The notes beneath the pieces are model-generated. The model made no database searches and was not told where the DNA came from. It saw only the letters and a list, made by a program, of their open reading frames with translations. Below are positions 51,575 to 64,000 of a stretch of 64,000 bases of DNA, in pieces (within the stretch, counting starts at the first letter, position 1; every line of letters begins with the position of its first letter). The position numbers and the translations under genes are program-made. Origin of the DNA: Octopus sinensis. Taxonomy: Eukaryota. Location: positions 114,266,001-114,330,000 of the forward strand of contig NC_042997.1 in assembly GCF_006345805.1 (NCBI RefSeq), written 5' to 3'.

Positions 51575-53788
51575 CTGTAAAAGAAGATGGTCGTTTTTAG
51601 GACTAAGAAGACAAATAACTAACAGAAGATAAGAGGACTGTAGATATTAATTTTATTTTTAGATATTTATGATGTTGGGCAATATCACAATGAAACTAAA
51701 GTGTCATAAGAATAAGTTTTGCTTAGTTCTTTCTTTAAAGAACTATCACTGATTCTCAAAAACAGACTAGCATCCATTCTACTGCTACCGTATTTGATGG
51801 CATTAAAGACATAACCCAATTTCAGAAGCATATATTCAAGAAACAGAGTTTTTAGTACATTAAAGCCTGTAATATTTAAAGCAATTTTTAATACATTACA
51901 GATGGTTACAAAAGTACTTTCGCCTTAAAATTGCTGACGTGACCAATGACAGTACCGCCTGATTGGTACTCATACCAGTGGAACGTTAAAAGCACATCCG
52001 AACGTGGGGTGTAACCGACTCACTTATGAGTACCCCTCATTCATTGGACAATGAACTTTGCTTGCTTGCGAAAACCTATTGAGTCAAGTGTAAACAAATC
52101 AAAATCGCTGAAGTGGTCGATGAAAGTACCACCTGATTGGCACTTGTTGTGCCACTGGAACATTAAAAGTACATCCGAGCGTGATTGTTACCAGGGCTAC
52201 AGATTGGCTCCTGTGCCGGTGACACATGAAAAGCACCATTTGAGCGTGATCGTTACCGGCACGCGCTGGTGGCATGTGAAAAACAACATTCGAGCATGGT
52301 CGTTGCCAGTGCCACCGGACTGGCTCCTGTGCAGGTAGCATATTAAAAACACCTTTTGAGCGTGGTCATTGCCAGAACCGCCTGACTGGCCCTCATGCCG
52401 GTGGCATGTAAAAGCACCCACTACATTCTTGGAGTGGTTGGCATTAGAAAGGGCATCCAGCTGTAGAAGCTTTGCCAGATCAGATTGAGCCTGGTGCAGC
52501 CTCTGGCTCACCTGTCCTCAGTCAAACCATCCAACCCATGCCAGCATGGAAAGCAGACATAAAGCAATGATGATGATGATGAAAGTAAATTAGCAGTACA
52601 GCTGAACATAAGGTAAGAAATCATGTTAAATGTAAATATCCGTCATCATCATTTAACGACCGTTGCCCATGCTGGCATGAGTTGGATGGTCCGACCATGG
52701 CTAGCAAGCAGGAAGGCAGCACCAGACTCCAATCCATTTGGCATGGCTTCTAAGGCTGGATGCCCTTCCTAATGCCAACCACACGATTACAATAAAAGCT
52801 GCTATAGAATAAGTAATTAGATGTCAGAGAGTAAATTAGCTTATGGGAGGACTTCACATACAGGACCTGGAGTGATTTTTTGAGACATTTTTGGGGACAA
52901 AAATGTGCATCTTATATATGATTAAATACAGTAAATATTAAGAATGGTAACTTCAGGCACTTTTGTTTAACAAAGAGAAAAGTGGAACTATGTCAATCTA
53001 TAAAACAAATTTAATCCATGTTGTCTTTAACATTCTAATATCTATGGAATTATAATATAATCACATGATTGGCCACACTATTGGATGTTGTTATACATCA
53101 CTGGTCACAATGCATTTTGCTTTGTTTTAGCTTTCCAATCATACCACCTTGATGGCTAGTCTATCAGGTCAACATTCCCCCGATCAGACAGCTACACCTC
53201 CATCGTAGAGTGTAACCCTTTTACAGCTGAATGGACAGCAACATGAAATGAAAGGTTTTGCTCAAGAAAACGACACACTGCTTGGTCTGGAAACCAAACT
53301 CACAATCAAGTGATTGTGAGTGCAACGCCCCAACCACTGGGCCATGTCCCTTCATATAAATATACAGTTATAAATAATTATATGGTAGAACCATCCGACC
53401 GTAGCCGTTGCCAGCGCTGCCCCGACTGGCTTCCATGCTGGTGGCACGCTAAAAGCACCATTCGATCGTGGCTGTTGCCAGCTTCGCCTGGCCTCTGTGC
53501 CAGTGGCACGTAAAAAGCACCATCCAATCGTGGCCGTCTGCCGGCCTGGCCTGGCCTCCATGCCAGTGGCACGTAAAAAGCACCCACTACACTCATGGAG
53601 TGGTTGGCGTTAGGAAGGGCATCCAGCCGTAGAAACATTGCCAGATTAGACTGGGCCTGGTGCAGCCTTCTGGCTTCCCAGACCCCAGTTGCACCGTCCA
53701 ACCCATGCCAGCATGGAAAGCGGATGCTAAACGATAATTAGGATATAAGTTGATAGGACACAATGAATAATGAATGAGAAATAATTAC

Positions 53789-54062
53789 CTGAGTTTTGTT
53801 GCAGAGAATTTGTTTGGGAATCTGTGCCAAAAGTGTTTTGAGTAAATGATGAGCCTGGAATTAGGTTTGAAAGCTCTTCTGGGCTACTGGTGCTGCTGAC
53901 CGACAGACAACTTTCAGAACTTGTTGCAGGGCTGTGACAAAGGTAGTTATTAGCTGGGTACATGGCTTTGATTCGGCTTTGATGAGACAGACATAGTGAA
54001 GGATCTGGAGGTACAGTTTTGGAAGATTTGTGTTGTTTACTCAACTTACCAACTAATCCACC
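53789..54062 (-). CDS. TTC28: TTC28 coding exon (phase 0-1), Ser-rich
   Basis: Acceptor gtttctag|GGT and donor TCAG|gtaatt. Open frame GGLVGKLSKQHKSSK...QQNS is phase-compatible with both neighbouring exons. Confidence 0.82.
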
Positions 54063-54412
54063 CTAGAAACAGAAAACAACATCGTCATCATCATTATTAT
54101 CATCAAATTAAAAAAAAAAACATTTACAAAAACATTTCACTAAAATACTTATCATCTGTGCCTAGTATTATTAATTAAAGTTAAAATAAATTTAGTAACG
54201 AGAGTGCTAAACAAGTGGCTCAAAGGGCCTAAGGAGGTGGTTCTCAACTGTGGATCCGAGAGCCACATTCAACCCTCAAGCATCATTCCAGCAGCAGCTG
54301 ATGTTCTTCCTTTTGTAAATTTAATAAATTTTTCTATAATTGATAAGCATTTGTCTAACAGGTTCATCCGGGTTTCGAACGATTCTCTTGAATCACTCCT
54401 GTAGTGATTATA

Positions 54413-55686
54413 TCAGGTCATCCCATAAGTTCTGTCTGAATTTTGAATAAAGAAAACAAGTGATCAGATGTTATATTTAATTGAAATTTAATCATCAATG
54501 TACTTTCCCTGATTATCTATGACTTCCTTCCATCTATTTACAAGCTTTTTAATCCCATCAATGTAAAACTCTTTTGGTTTCAAAGCGAAGAAACTCTGAA
54601 ATATCAGTTTCGACCTCTTCCTGGCTTGTGAAAGTTATGTCCCCCAAATGATTCTGTAAACTACGAAACAAATGGTAGTCTGAAGGAGTAAGGTCAGGAG
54701 TATAAGGTGGATGAAGAATTTTTTCCCAACCAAGCTCTTCGATCTTGTGATGTGATCTTTGCAGTGTGGGGTCGTGCATTGTCCTGATGAAACATCACTC
54801 CTTTACAATTCACTAAAGCAGGTCATTTTTTTCTTCAAAGCTTGGGTCAAATGCTCTAATTGCTGACAGTAGCCTTGAGCATTGATTGTTGCATTAGGTT
54901 GTAACAATTCAAAGTGAATCACCCCTTTGCAATCCCACCAGATAGAGAGAAGAACCTTTTTTCCATGAAGTTCCCTTCTTGGTTGTGGTTGAGCTTTTTC
55001 CCTTTTACCAAGCCACTGTTACGATGTTTAACATTTCGATAGAAGATCCATTTTTTGTTACCAGTCACAAGTCTATCCAAAAACGGTAAAATGAGTTTGC
55101 CAGAATGGAGAGAAGAGCAGATGTCAACCTGGGATTTGCAGTTGCTTTCAGGCAATTCATGAGGCACCCATTTTCCAAGTTTAGGAACCTTTCCAAGTTG
55201 TTGAAGATGATGATGAACAGTTGTATGGTTTGAACTAAGCTTTATTGCCAATTCTTCAACTGATAATGCAGGATTTTCTTCAAGTAATGCCTCAAGGAGT
55301 TTATCATCAAACTCAATTGGACGTCCTGTTTGATCTTCATCTTCAAGGCTGAAATCTCCACTTCTGAATTTTGCCTGCAAGTTCTTTCATTCACGCATTC
55401 TTTCCCATAAACTGAGTGTATGTTTCGAGTTACTTCGGCTGCAGAGTTTCCTTTTTTTGTACTCATAAAGTATTATGTGCCTCAAATGCTCTTTGAATAC
55501 TTCCATGTTAGAAAGGGTTTTAATCAAAGAAATTTTAATTCTATTATTCTATAAAATAATATTTAATTAGTTTAAATGTACACAAATGCATAGAAATCAT
55601 TTTTAATTCCATTAGACATTGTAAATATTAAATTTCATTCAATTTTAAAAAAGGTAAAATTTGACAGAACTTATGGGATGACCTGA
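54413..55686 (-). mobile_element. Near full-length mariner (Tc1/mariner) transposon with a degenerate transposase
   Basis: TIRs tcaggtcatcccataagttctgtc / gacagaacttatgggatgacctga with TA on both sides; length 1274 bp. Transposase pieces include WVPHEL, RLVTGNKKWI (TGDEKW decayed) and HPPYTPDLTPSDYHLF. Confidence 0.95.
54488..55506 (-). pseudogene. Mariner transposase pseudogene
   Basis: Starts MEVFKEHLRHIILYEY and is split over at least three ORF-track fragments by frameshifts. The first catalytic Asp appears mutated to Asn. Confidence 0.9.
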
Positions 55687-56085
55687 TAGATTATGTGTGT
55701 GTGTGTGTGTGTTTGTGGTGGGGGTAAGCACAATAAATGTGAAAGGTTTTAACTTTTGTGATTTATCATGGAATCAGAAGACCATTGGACAAAATATCTT
55801 GTGGCAATCAGTCACTATTTGATTTCAAATCCTGCTGAGATGCCTTTTCCAAAATGTGTGTCTTTTAACCTGTTTTCTTTGTCTGACCATTACATAATTT
55901 TTTTTGTTTTTTTTCTTTTTTCCCTAATTAGAACAAACTTGATAGTCTTTTATAAAATAAAAGACTACACAAAAAGGTTGTACATTATACCAACACCAAC
56001 AGGATGTTATAGATGCTGAGATTAAGCAGGATAATGGGCAAGTGGGTAAAAGTATTAATGTTATTCATTATTATTATTATTATTA

Positions 56086-56300
56086 AAGTGGTGAGCTGGC
56101 AGAACTGTTAGCATGCTGGGCAAAATGCTTAGCAGCATTGCATCCATCTTTACATTCTGAGTTCAACTTCCACTGAGGTTGACTTTGCCTTTCATCCCTC
56201 CATGGTTGATGAAATAAATACCAGTTGAGTACTGGGGTCGATGTAATCGACTTAGCTCCTTCTCTGAAATTGCTGGCCTTCAGCCAAAATTTGAAACCAA
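56086..56300 (+). mobile_element. SINE family A copy
   Basis: ggtgagctggcagaac...gagttcaa...gactttgcctttcatcc, preceded by (TTA)n. Confidence 0.8.
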
Positions 56301-57221
56301 TGCTGATGATGAAGGTGTAACTCCTCCAATCACACATCCAGGGGTTTGATTTCTGGAGCAAGGAAATATATCATGAAAGGTTATAAACCACTGAAGTCAG
56401 TCACAGATTGCTTGGTCAAGATGAGCAAAATCTCAAGTTATGAATTGGTAATTAGATATAATCTAGTCTAGTGGGTAATTAATATTACTTATAATAAATT
56501 AAAAATGAAAAGAGAAACATTGGATGTACCAACTTTAGATTTACTCCAGTAATGAAATATAATCTGCATCATGACGATGCTTGGTTATCTATTCTATTCG
56601 ATGATAAAGTTCAGTTACATATTGTACTTGATTATTCATTAAGGTATATTTACCTGCTGTATTAGATGGTATCAATTAAAAAGAGTGAAGATTTAATGAA
56701 TGAGAAAGAAGATAGGAACCAGCAACCAGCAGGGGAATGGCCCTGCTCAGTGTAGAGAAAAGGAGGAGATAGTAATTGCATACTGTGTGCCAAGTATAAA
56801 CACTGGATGTACAAGTGGTGTATTAGGATCACAGGTAGGCTGACAGAGAGCATACACTTCAAATGTGGATGGTGCCACAGCGGCTATAAGCACAAAGAAC
56901 AACCAGAAATGGGCCTTGAATGCAGAGAATTTGCAAAAACTAACATTACACTGGCTGTCTAATGTTAGTGTACATGAACATTTGAAGTACAAATAAACTG
57001 AAAGAGAAACTAAATGTTACAAGATGACAACCGTATGAAGAAGTGTCAAGCAATTGAATGGAATGTGTGGAAGACAAAAGAGATGAAGTGTTGAAGACTA
57101 ATCTCAAAATGTGAAATCTCGTTTGCTTGTCATATTAGATGATAGCAATTAAAATTTACCTCTTGCTTTAGATGAAAGCTTATTTACCTGTTGCATTGAA
57201 CTGATGATAATTAAGGTTTAC

Positions 57222-57442
57222 CTGTTGCATCAGATGACAGCGGTTGAGGTTTCGCTTCTTCTCCATCTCAGCTGGGTTAAATAGAGACTTCTTTTTCATC
57301 CGTGGTGATAATGGAGGTGTCCCAGCAAAATTGGATAATATTGAAGCTGATGTTGTTGTGGTGTTAGAACTGTGAGATGAGGAAAGACTTTCCAGAGAAC
57401 TGGAACTATCCAGAGCAAGGCTCTTAGGGGCTTCCTGTGTAT
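57222..57442 (-). CDS. TTC28: TTC28 coding exon (phase 1-0)
   Basis: Acceptor tttgtag|AT and donor CAG|gtaaac. DTQEAPKSLALDSSSSLESLSS matches TTC28 DSTELPKRLSLDSSSSLESLAS. Confidence 0.92.
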
Positions 57443-57932
57443 CTACAAACAAACAATTGTATATGAATCAGTGATGTAGAAAGGTGTGTGCATATATATG
57501 AAATTAGTGATGTAGAAAAGGGGTGTATATACAAGGATCACTGATGTGGAGAGGTGTGTGTTACCTACTTTGACCCTCAGTAAAATCCCTTTATTTAATT
57601 TGCTTTGCAGGAGGAACTGTTTTATCAAAAGCATATATTGTTGTTAAATGCTCGAAATACAAGACTAGAAAAACAGCCAACAACTGATGAAGGGCCGTTC
57701 TTTATGTTGTGTGTTTTGTTTTCCATTTGTGTCTTTCGTTGTTCGAAAGAATAGTTCATGTTCCATGTACACGTGCTTCATACTTTTTTGTTGTACACGT
57801 TCCATGACGTCCTGTGCCCACATATGCAATATATATATATATATATATATGTATAGATGTAAATATGTACATATACGTATGCATATATGCATATATATAT
57901 ATATATTTATGCTTTATATATATATATATATA

Positions 57933-58321
57933 CTAGCAGTATCGCCCGGTGTTGCTTGGGTTTGTTTTGACCCTTTAGAATTGGAATTTTTGAAAAGTAA
58001 AAATTTTGCATTATGCAACTTGTTATTCTCTTCAAGTGAACATTTTTCCAGTTGAAATACACCGAAAAATGGTGACACAGCAGTCAAAAATCGTAAAAAA
58101 AAGGGATTTTCATAGGAAAAAAGCACCTTTTTGATGTAAATAATTTTTGGTCTTAACATGGTCCGATTTGAATTTTATCTTCTACAGAATGAAGAGCAAG
58201 CCTTCTTCTATCATACTCTCAATTTTGGTCAACTTGCACTGCAGGGTCTCGAAGGAGATAGTGTTAGTTGAAGGCTACCAAACCTGCCACACACAGACAA
58301 CTTCAGCTTTATTTATATAGA
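57933..58321 (-). mobile_element. Non-autonomous Helitron, different subfamily
   Basis: Shares the ctagcagtatcgcccgg..ttgct end and a tatatagat other end, but has a different interior. Confidence 0.7.
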
Positions 58322-58976
58322 TTTGCTACACACTACTTTCCATCCTTAATAATGAAACTTGGTAGATCCAAAAGTTAAACACACAGATACACACACAGAC
58401 ACACAAGTTGAGTTTTATATATATATAGATTTCTCAACGGGGATTTCAGGGGAGAGTTTCAGGGAGTTACTGGTGATGTATCATGATGATCAAAAATTCG
58501 GCCTGCTAAAATTTGGTTAAAGTGATTCAAACTGCAGACTCAATGCAAAATGGTCACATTTAATTCAAAGCGTTAAAAATGTTATGAAAACAACTGGTAT
58601 GTGTTCACAAAGTCCAAACGATTAATACGAAAAACCCTCCAGGCTACATCCTGAAAATTCATTTCTTTGCCGAATTTCTACAATGTTTATGGCGATTCGT
58701 TTTTATATCTTGATTTTTTTATTTTTCATGCAATTTACGCATTCTTGCACGCATGGTGAACACAGTTCACGTCAAACAGCTGACTGAGTAAAGTTCACTA
58801 TTCAATGCATGGGATAAGGCCTAAACAAACACATTATCGATTTTTGCACTTGCGAGATGAATTTCATTCGCCTAAACTTTAAGTGACCCATTTTTGGTGG
58901 TTCTACGATTTGTTGGCTAGGAGGAGACGTGCCGGGAAGTTAAACACACAGATACACACACAGACACACAAGTTGA

Positions 58977-59011
<35 letters not shown>

Positions 59012-60834
59012 TGGCACATAAAAAGCACCATCCGTTCGTGGCCGTTTGCCAGCTCTGTCTGGCACCAGTGCGGGTGGCACGTAAAAAGCACCCACTACAC
59101 TCACGGAGTGGTTGGCGTTAGGAAAGGCATCCAGCCGTAGAAACACTGCCAGATTTGACTGGACCTGATGAAGCCTTCTGGCTTCACAGACCCCAGTAGA
59201 ACCGTCCAACCCATGCTAGCATGGAAAACGGACGCTAAATGATGATGATGATGATGATGATATATATAGGTTATAAAATGAGATAGGGGTTGAAAAATTC
59301 AACCCACCATGGGATAACATATATCCAATATACTGCTAGATAGGTACCCAACAAGACTAATACATAAGGATGTTTTATTGATTTAAGTATGTTTCTCCAT
59401 TTTCTAATTTTGTAGTATATATATATATATATATTTATATATATGCATAGATGTAAATATGTACATATACGTATGTATATATGCATATATATAAATATTT
59501 ATGTTTTATATATATATATGGATCACAGATGTAAAAAAAGTGAGTATATATAGATCATGGTGTAGAAATGAGTGTATATATGGATTGTGGTTTATATGGA
59601 TACTTTAGGCCATTTATTATTTAAAGAAGCTTGTTGCCATTTCCAAACTAAATTTGGTGGATCTTTCATAGATTTAATGACAGCCTGAGATATTGACACG
59701 CAGATACTTTCACAGATATCAATACAGGACATCCATTGTTTAGGGTTCACTTACACGACTTGTAACAAGAGATGCATTAACACTTTAAACCCATCCGTAC
59801 AGTTTAGTGGGTGTGATTTCATTTGACTATACTCCTGGAAAATGCAAAATCAGATGGTCACATGGGTTTTGTGCTTCATCATCATCACTTAGCTTTTGCT
59901 TTCTATGCTGGAAAAGATTAGACCATTTGACTGGAACTGGTAAGCCAGAGAGCTGTACCAGATTCCAGTTTGATTTGGCTTGGTTTCTATGGTTGGATGT
60001 CCTTCCTAATGCCAACCACTCTAAGAATGTAGTAGGTGCCTGTTACGTGTCACCAGCACGAGTGCCCATTACATGTCACCAGCATGGATGCCCGTTACGT
60101 GTCACTGGCATGGGTGCCCATTATGGGTCCCCGGCACAGGTGCCCATTATGTGTCACCAGCATTGGCCACAACTACGATTTCATTTGACTTCAAAGGTCT
60201 CCTCAAGCACAGCAAATTACCAAAGGTGAGACCCAACATTATAAAAGATCATGCTTCACCACCTCGCCCCATGTTTTCCAACCAATTAGAAAGCCACAAA
60301 CACAAAATTATGTGCCGGTCCACTTCTGTGTAGTCCAGGGGTAGAGTCAAACAGAATTGTGCCTGTTAAGGTCCACTTGCAGCTTCAAAGGGTTAAGACA
60401 AAATCTCAACAGACACCTAACTGTACTTCAAAACACTTAGCTTTTATCTTTTAGTTATTTCAGTCATTTGACTGTTGCCATGCTGGAGCACCACATTGGA
60501 GAACTTATTGTAGAATGAATCAACCCCAGTGTTTATTTTTCAGCCTGGTATTTATTTCAACCAGGGTCTTTTGCTGAACTGCTAAATTATAGAGACATAA
60601 ATACACCAACACTTGTTGTCAAGTGGTGATGGTCAAGGACAAACACAGACACAAGGATGCACGTATGCACACACACACATATATATATATGAAAACAAAA
60701 AGCTAAATTCTAGTCATGAAAGATACAGCCTTGTGGACAGCTCATCACGACCAGAATTTAACTTTCTTATAATACCTACTGCTCTATTCTTTAGAGTGGG
60801 CATCTTTTTGTGATAAATGTTATACTGACATTTA

Positions 60835-60908
<74 letters not shown>

Positions 60909-60911
<3 letters not shown>

Positions 60912-61047
60912 GGGGTGGACAAAATAATGGAAGCACTAATAATAAATCAAAAAACATAAAAATAAACAAGCTTTTGAAGGTTTTATAGATATTTCAAAAT
61001 TATGATGCTATGATGCTAGGTGTTTCTATTATTTTGTCCAACCCCTG
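60909..61047. mobile_element. Tc1-like MITE
   Basis: TIRs cagggggtggacaaaataat / attattttgtccaacccctg at the end of a (TA)n run. Confidence 0.75.
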
Positions 61048-61083
61048 TGTATCTATGTATGCACATATATATTAAGTACTCAC

Positions 61084-61191
61084 CAAAAACTGCAACAAGA
61101 GATTGTAATGCAAACTGGAGATGGCGTTTAGTAGCTTGTTTCCCCAGGCGAAGTGTAACATCATCACGGCCGACATCAATCAGATCAAACC
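61084..61191 (-). CDS. TTC28: TTC28 coding exon (108 nt, phase 1-1)
   Basis: Acceptor catgtag|GG and donor TTTG|gtgagt. GFDLIDVGRDDVTLRLGKQATKRHLQFALQSLVAVF matches TTC28 GFDLCEVGQEEVILKTGKQANRRTVHFALQSLLSLF. Confidence 0.93.
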
Positions 61192-61519
61192 CTACATGTG
61201 AAATAAGTTACAATACTGTGATTTAATTTTGATAGCTAAAGATATTGTTATAGTGAGTTTATGTGATTCAATAATTAAAGCAAGGCCAACAAACTACTTG
61301 TGTAAAAAGTAGAAGAAAACAAAAACAATGTCGGTTATATTGAAAATCTTTACAACATGGTTTCTGCACTTAACATCTTCCCTTATATAGAAGAACAGGG
61401 AAAGCAACTTAATGAGTTTTGATCATACAAACAAACAAAAACTTTTTATACATTTACATATATTTAAACAGGTTAACTGCTTCATAAGTAAGCAAATAAT
61501 AATTATTATTTATTATAAT

Positions 61520-61940
61520 TATTCCAACTTTTGGCACAAAGCCAGCAATGTCAAGGGTCAATTATATTGACCACAGTGTTCAACTGGTACTTACTTTATC
61601 AATTCCAAAAGGATGAAAGGCAAAATCAACCTCGGCAGAATTTGAACTCATAACATAAAGGGATGTCACTAAGCATTTAGTCTGACATACTAACAACTCT
61701 ACCAGCTCACATAATATTAATAATAATAATAATGGTTTCAAATTTTGCCACAAGGGCTGCAATTTTGGGGGAGGAGATGAGTCAATTACATCAACTCCCA
61801 GTGTTCAACTGGTACTTATTTTATCGGCCCTGAAAGAACGAAAGGCAAAGTCAACCTTGGTGGAATTTAAACTCATAAAGAGCCAAAGGGATGCCACTAA
61901 GAATTTAGTCCAACATGCTATCAACTCTGCCAGCTCAAAT
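61520..61940 (-). mobile_element. Two tandem SINE family A copies
   Basis: Two copies of aactggtactt...aaaggcaaa...ggaatttgaactca, separated by (TAA)n. Confidence 0.75.
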
Positions 61941-62724
61941 AATAATAATAATAATAAATGCCCTGATGCAATACCAGGCATGGTTTCTGATCTTAACTGA
62001 TTGGAAGTGCTATCATGTACATTGTTTTGTCTTGGTATAAAAGATGGGCTAGAGTAAATATTCTGCTCAATACAGATTTGCTTGTCAGTTGTTTGACCTT
62101 AACCAGTTGACCATGTCCCTTAGTGGCTGACGATATGTGCATCTCTGATCACAAGCAGAAGTAGTGGGGGAGCATCATAGCCATGTGTTGAAAGGAATTC
62201 TTTGGAAACATGGGTGGTTTGTTCAACATCCTTAAACAATCCTTATTCAGGGACCTTTTGAGTGGGATGGGTTACTCTACCAGAAGAAAATTCTAACTGG
62301 GCCCCACCTGCAAGGTCATGCACTGTTTATCTTGATATGAGATCACCAAGTTGCGCACATATGGTTGTGCATGTGCATGATGCATGTGCCTGGTGTACCC
62401 TTATCAGACGGGTATACTGGGCTTCGTATATTTTACCCCAGTGTCACTTTGATGGCATGCACTGCTCTCTCACTCAATAATAATAATAATAATCCTTTCT
62501 GCAAAATGTACAAGGATAGATATTTTGAGGGAGGGGGCTAATCAATTATGCCGACCCTTATGCTCAACTGGTGCTTATTTCATTGACCTCAAAAGGATGA
62601 AAAGCAAAGTCAAACAGAGTAGAATTTGAACTCAGAACATAAAGGCCAAAATAATTGCTACTAAACATTCTGCTCAGGATGTTAATGATTCTGCCAAATA
62701 ATGATAATAATAAACCCAAGTTAC

Positions 62725-62833
62725 CAAGAGATGCAAGAAATTCATGACAGCCAGGAATCTGCCACAACTTCACATTGATTGGAACTTCGATGATATTTTC
62801 TTTGGCTGTAACTCGAATGAGGATATCGTGCAG
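62725..62833 (-). CDS. TTC28: Tetratricopeptide repeat protein 28 orthologue, coding exon (phase 0-1)
   Basis: Minus-strand acceptor catttcag|CTG and donor CTTG|gtaact. LHDILIRVTAKENIIEVPINVKLWQIPGCHEFLASL matches TTC28 LHQVLVQL...ISVQLWRLPGCHEFLAAL as recalled. Confidence 0.92.
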
Positions 62834-64000
62834 CTGAAATGAAACAAATTGGAGTTAAACAATGACAAATAATATCATCCTCATCGGCATCATCATCATT
62901 CAATGTCCATCTCCATACTGGCACAAGTTGGACAATTCAACGGAATCTAAAGAACCATAGAAGTGTATCATTCTCTAATGTCTGTTCTGGTGTGGTTTCT
63001 ATAGCTTAATGCTCTTCCATAATGTCAACCACTTTACAGAGTGTGTTGGGTGCTTTGTTTTCCCCATACCACTGGTACCAGTGAGGTCTCCAAGTAACTT
63101 GTAAGACAAAGTTCCTCAACTGAATGGGGGAGCAGTATAGGGGGAGGTGGTTTTATGCCAGGCTGGATAGAGGTACAGGAGCCTTGCTGTTGAGGAGACA
63201 CATGGCTACTCCATTCGGAAAGCAAGTTACAAATGGTGTTGTTGAGGCGTCAGGGTATGCCCTAGAGGTGATCATAAGAGAGGAATAGGGAGAGAGGATT
63301 GAGAAAGGTGGGGAAGTTCATGAGAGTGTGAAAGAAGAGTGACAGAGAGTTAAAATGCAGTGAGTGGTGAACAAGAGTAGCAGAATGGAGGATGGTGAAT
63401 ATCAGTTTGGTGGGGAAAAGGAAATAAGAGCAGATTAGGGTGGAGAAGGTGATATGTGATAATACAACAAGATGGGGGTGGAGAGCAGCAGTACATTAAA
63501 ACCTTAGATAGATGAAAAAAATGTGGAGATGAAGTGAAAAGGGGATGGAGAGAGAAAGATGCACAGTGACAGAGATGGAGGTCAGAGGTACATAGGGATG
63601 GATATAGAGAGTGACAACCAAAAGTGTGGGAGTAGGGTGTCAATGACAGATATGAGAGGATGTTTAGAATGACAACAGATATGTGAGGGTGTAAGGGATG
63701 TGGTAATGGCAGTCATAAGATATAACTCAAGGGAAAGGAGATTTCATGGAAAATAAAGTGGAAAGGAATGATACAGAGAATGTGGATAGGTGAGGAAAAG
63801 TAGTTCCAAGAACAGGAGATAATTGGAAGCACAAATGAAATAGCTGTTGTAATTATATGAGACTAGAACTGCACAGGAGTGATGGAGAGATGGGTGTTAG
63901 GAAAATGTGATGTGGGAAGGCTCGACAGGAACACATTGGGTGCAGTCATATAGACATAAGTAACATGCAAACAGGACCTTCGTTTTGCTAAGAGAGATGA

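Noticed and set aside
51184-51600. 138-aa plus-strand ORF
   Set aside because: It is an antisense shadow of the TTC28 terminal exon.
51575-51620. Alternative upstream acceptors (51602, 51618) for the TTC28 last exon
   Set aside because: They are in the wrong phase relative to the phase-1 donor at 53789.
57645-57760. CGAAA...CTGATGAAGGG...CGAAA motif
   Set aside because: A consistent three-stem hammerhead fold could not be built.
62085-62170. Possible HDV-like ribozyme in an unclassified repeat (61960-62480)
   Set aside because: P1 can be drawn, but P2 and P1.1 cannot be assigned by eye.

Overview
This is AT-rich, repeat-dense eukaryotic genomic DNA. The SINE, RTE and microsatellite make-up suggests an Octopus (coleoid cephalopod) genome, which is an inference. 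Two convergent spliced genes were reconstructed by hand from GT-AG sites and codon phase. On the + strand are seven coding exons of a CUEDC1 orthologue (31690-43238); its N-terminal CUE-domain exon(s) were not found in the window. On the - strand are the last five coding exons of a TTC28 orthologue (62833 to 49479), ending in a ~2.1 kb Ser-rich terminal exon. The rest is intronic or intergenic: tRNA-derived SINEs (several with clear TSDs), RTE LINE fragments and RTE-tail elements, a decayed Penelope-like RT, two mariner relics, piggyBac-, pogo-, Tc1- and hAT-like MITEs, non-autonomous Helitrons and microsatellites. Almost all short ORFs in the supplied track are repeat artefacts. The most unusual signal is a set of minimal type-I hammerhead-ribozyme-like motifs. 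The best-placed one sits exactly in the apical loop of a ~370-bp foldback element, one of three adjacent foldbacks in a CUEDC1 intron. Also noted: a pre-miRNA-sized intronic hairpin, a duplicated frameshifting splice donor in TTC28 and candidate small cassette exons.
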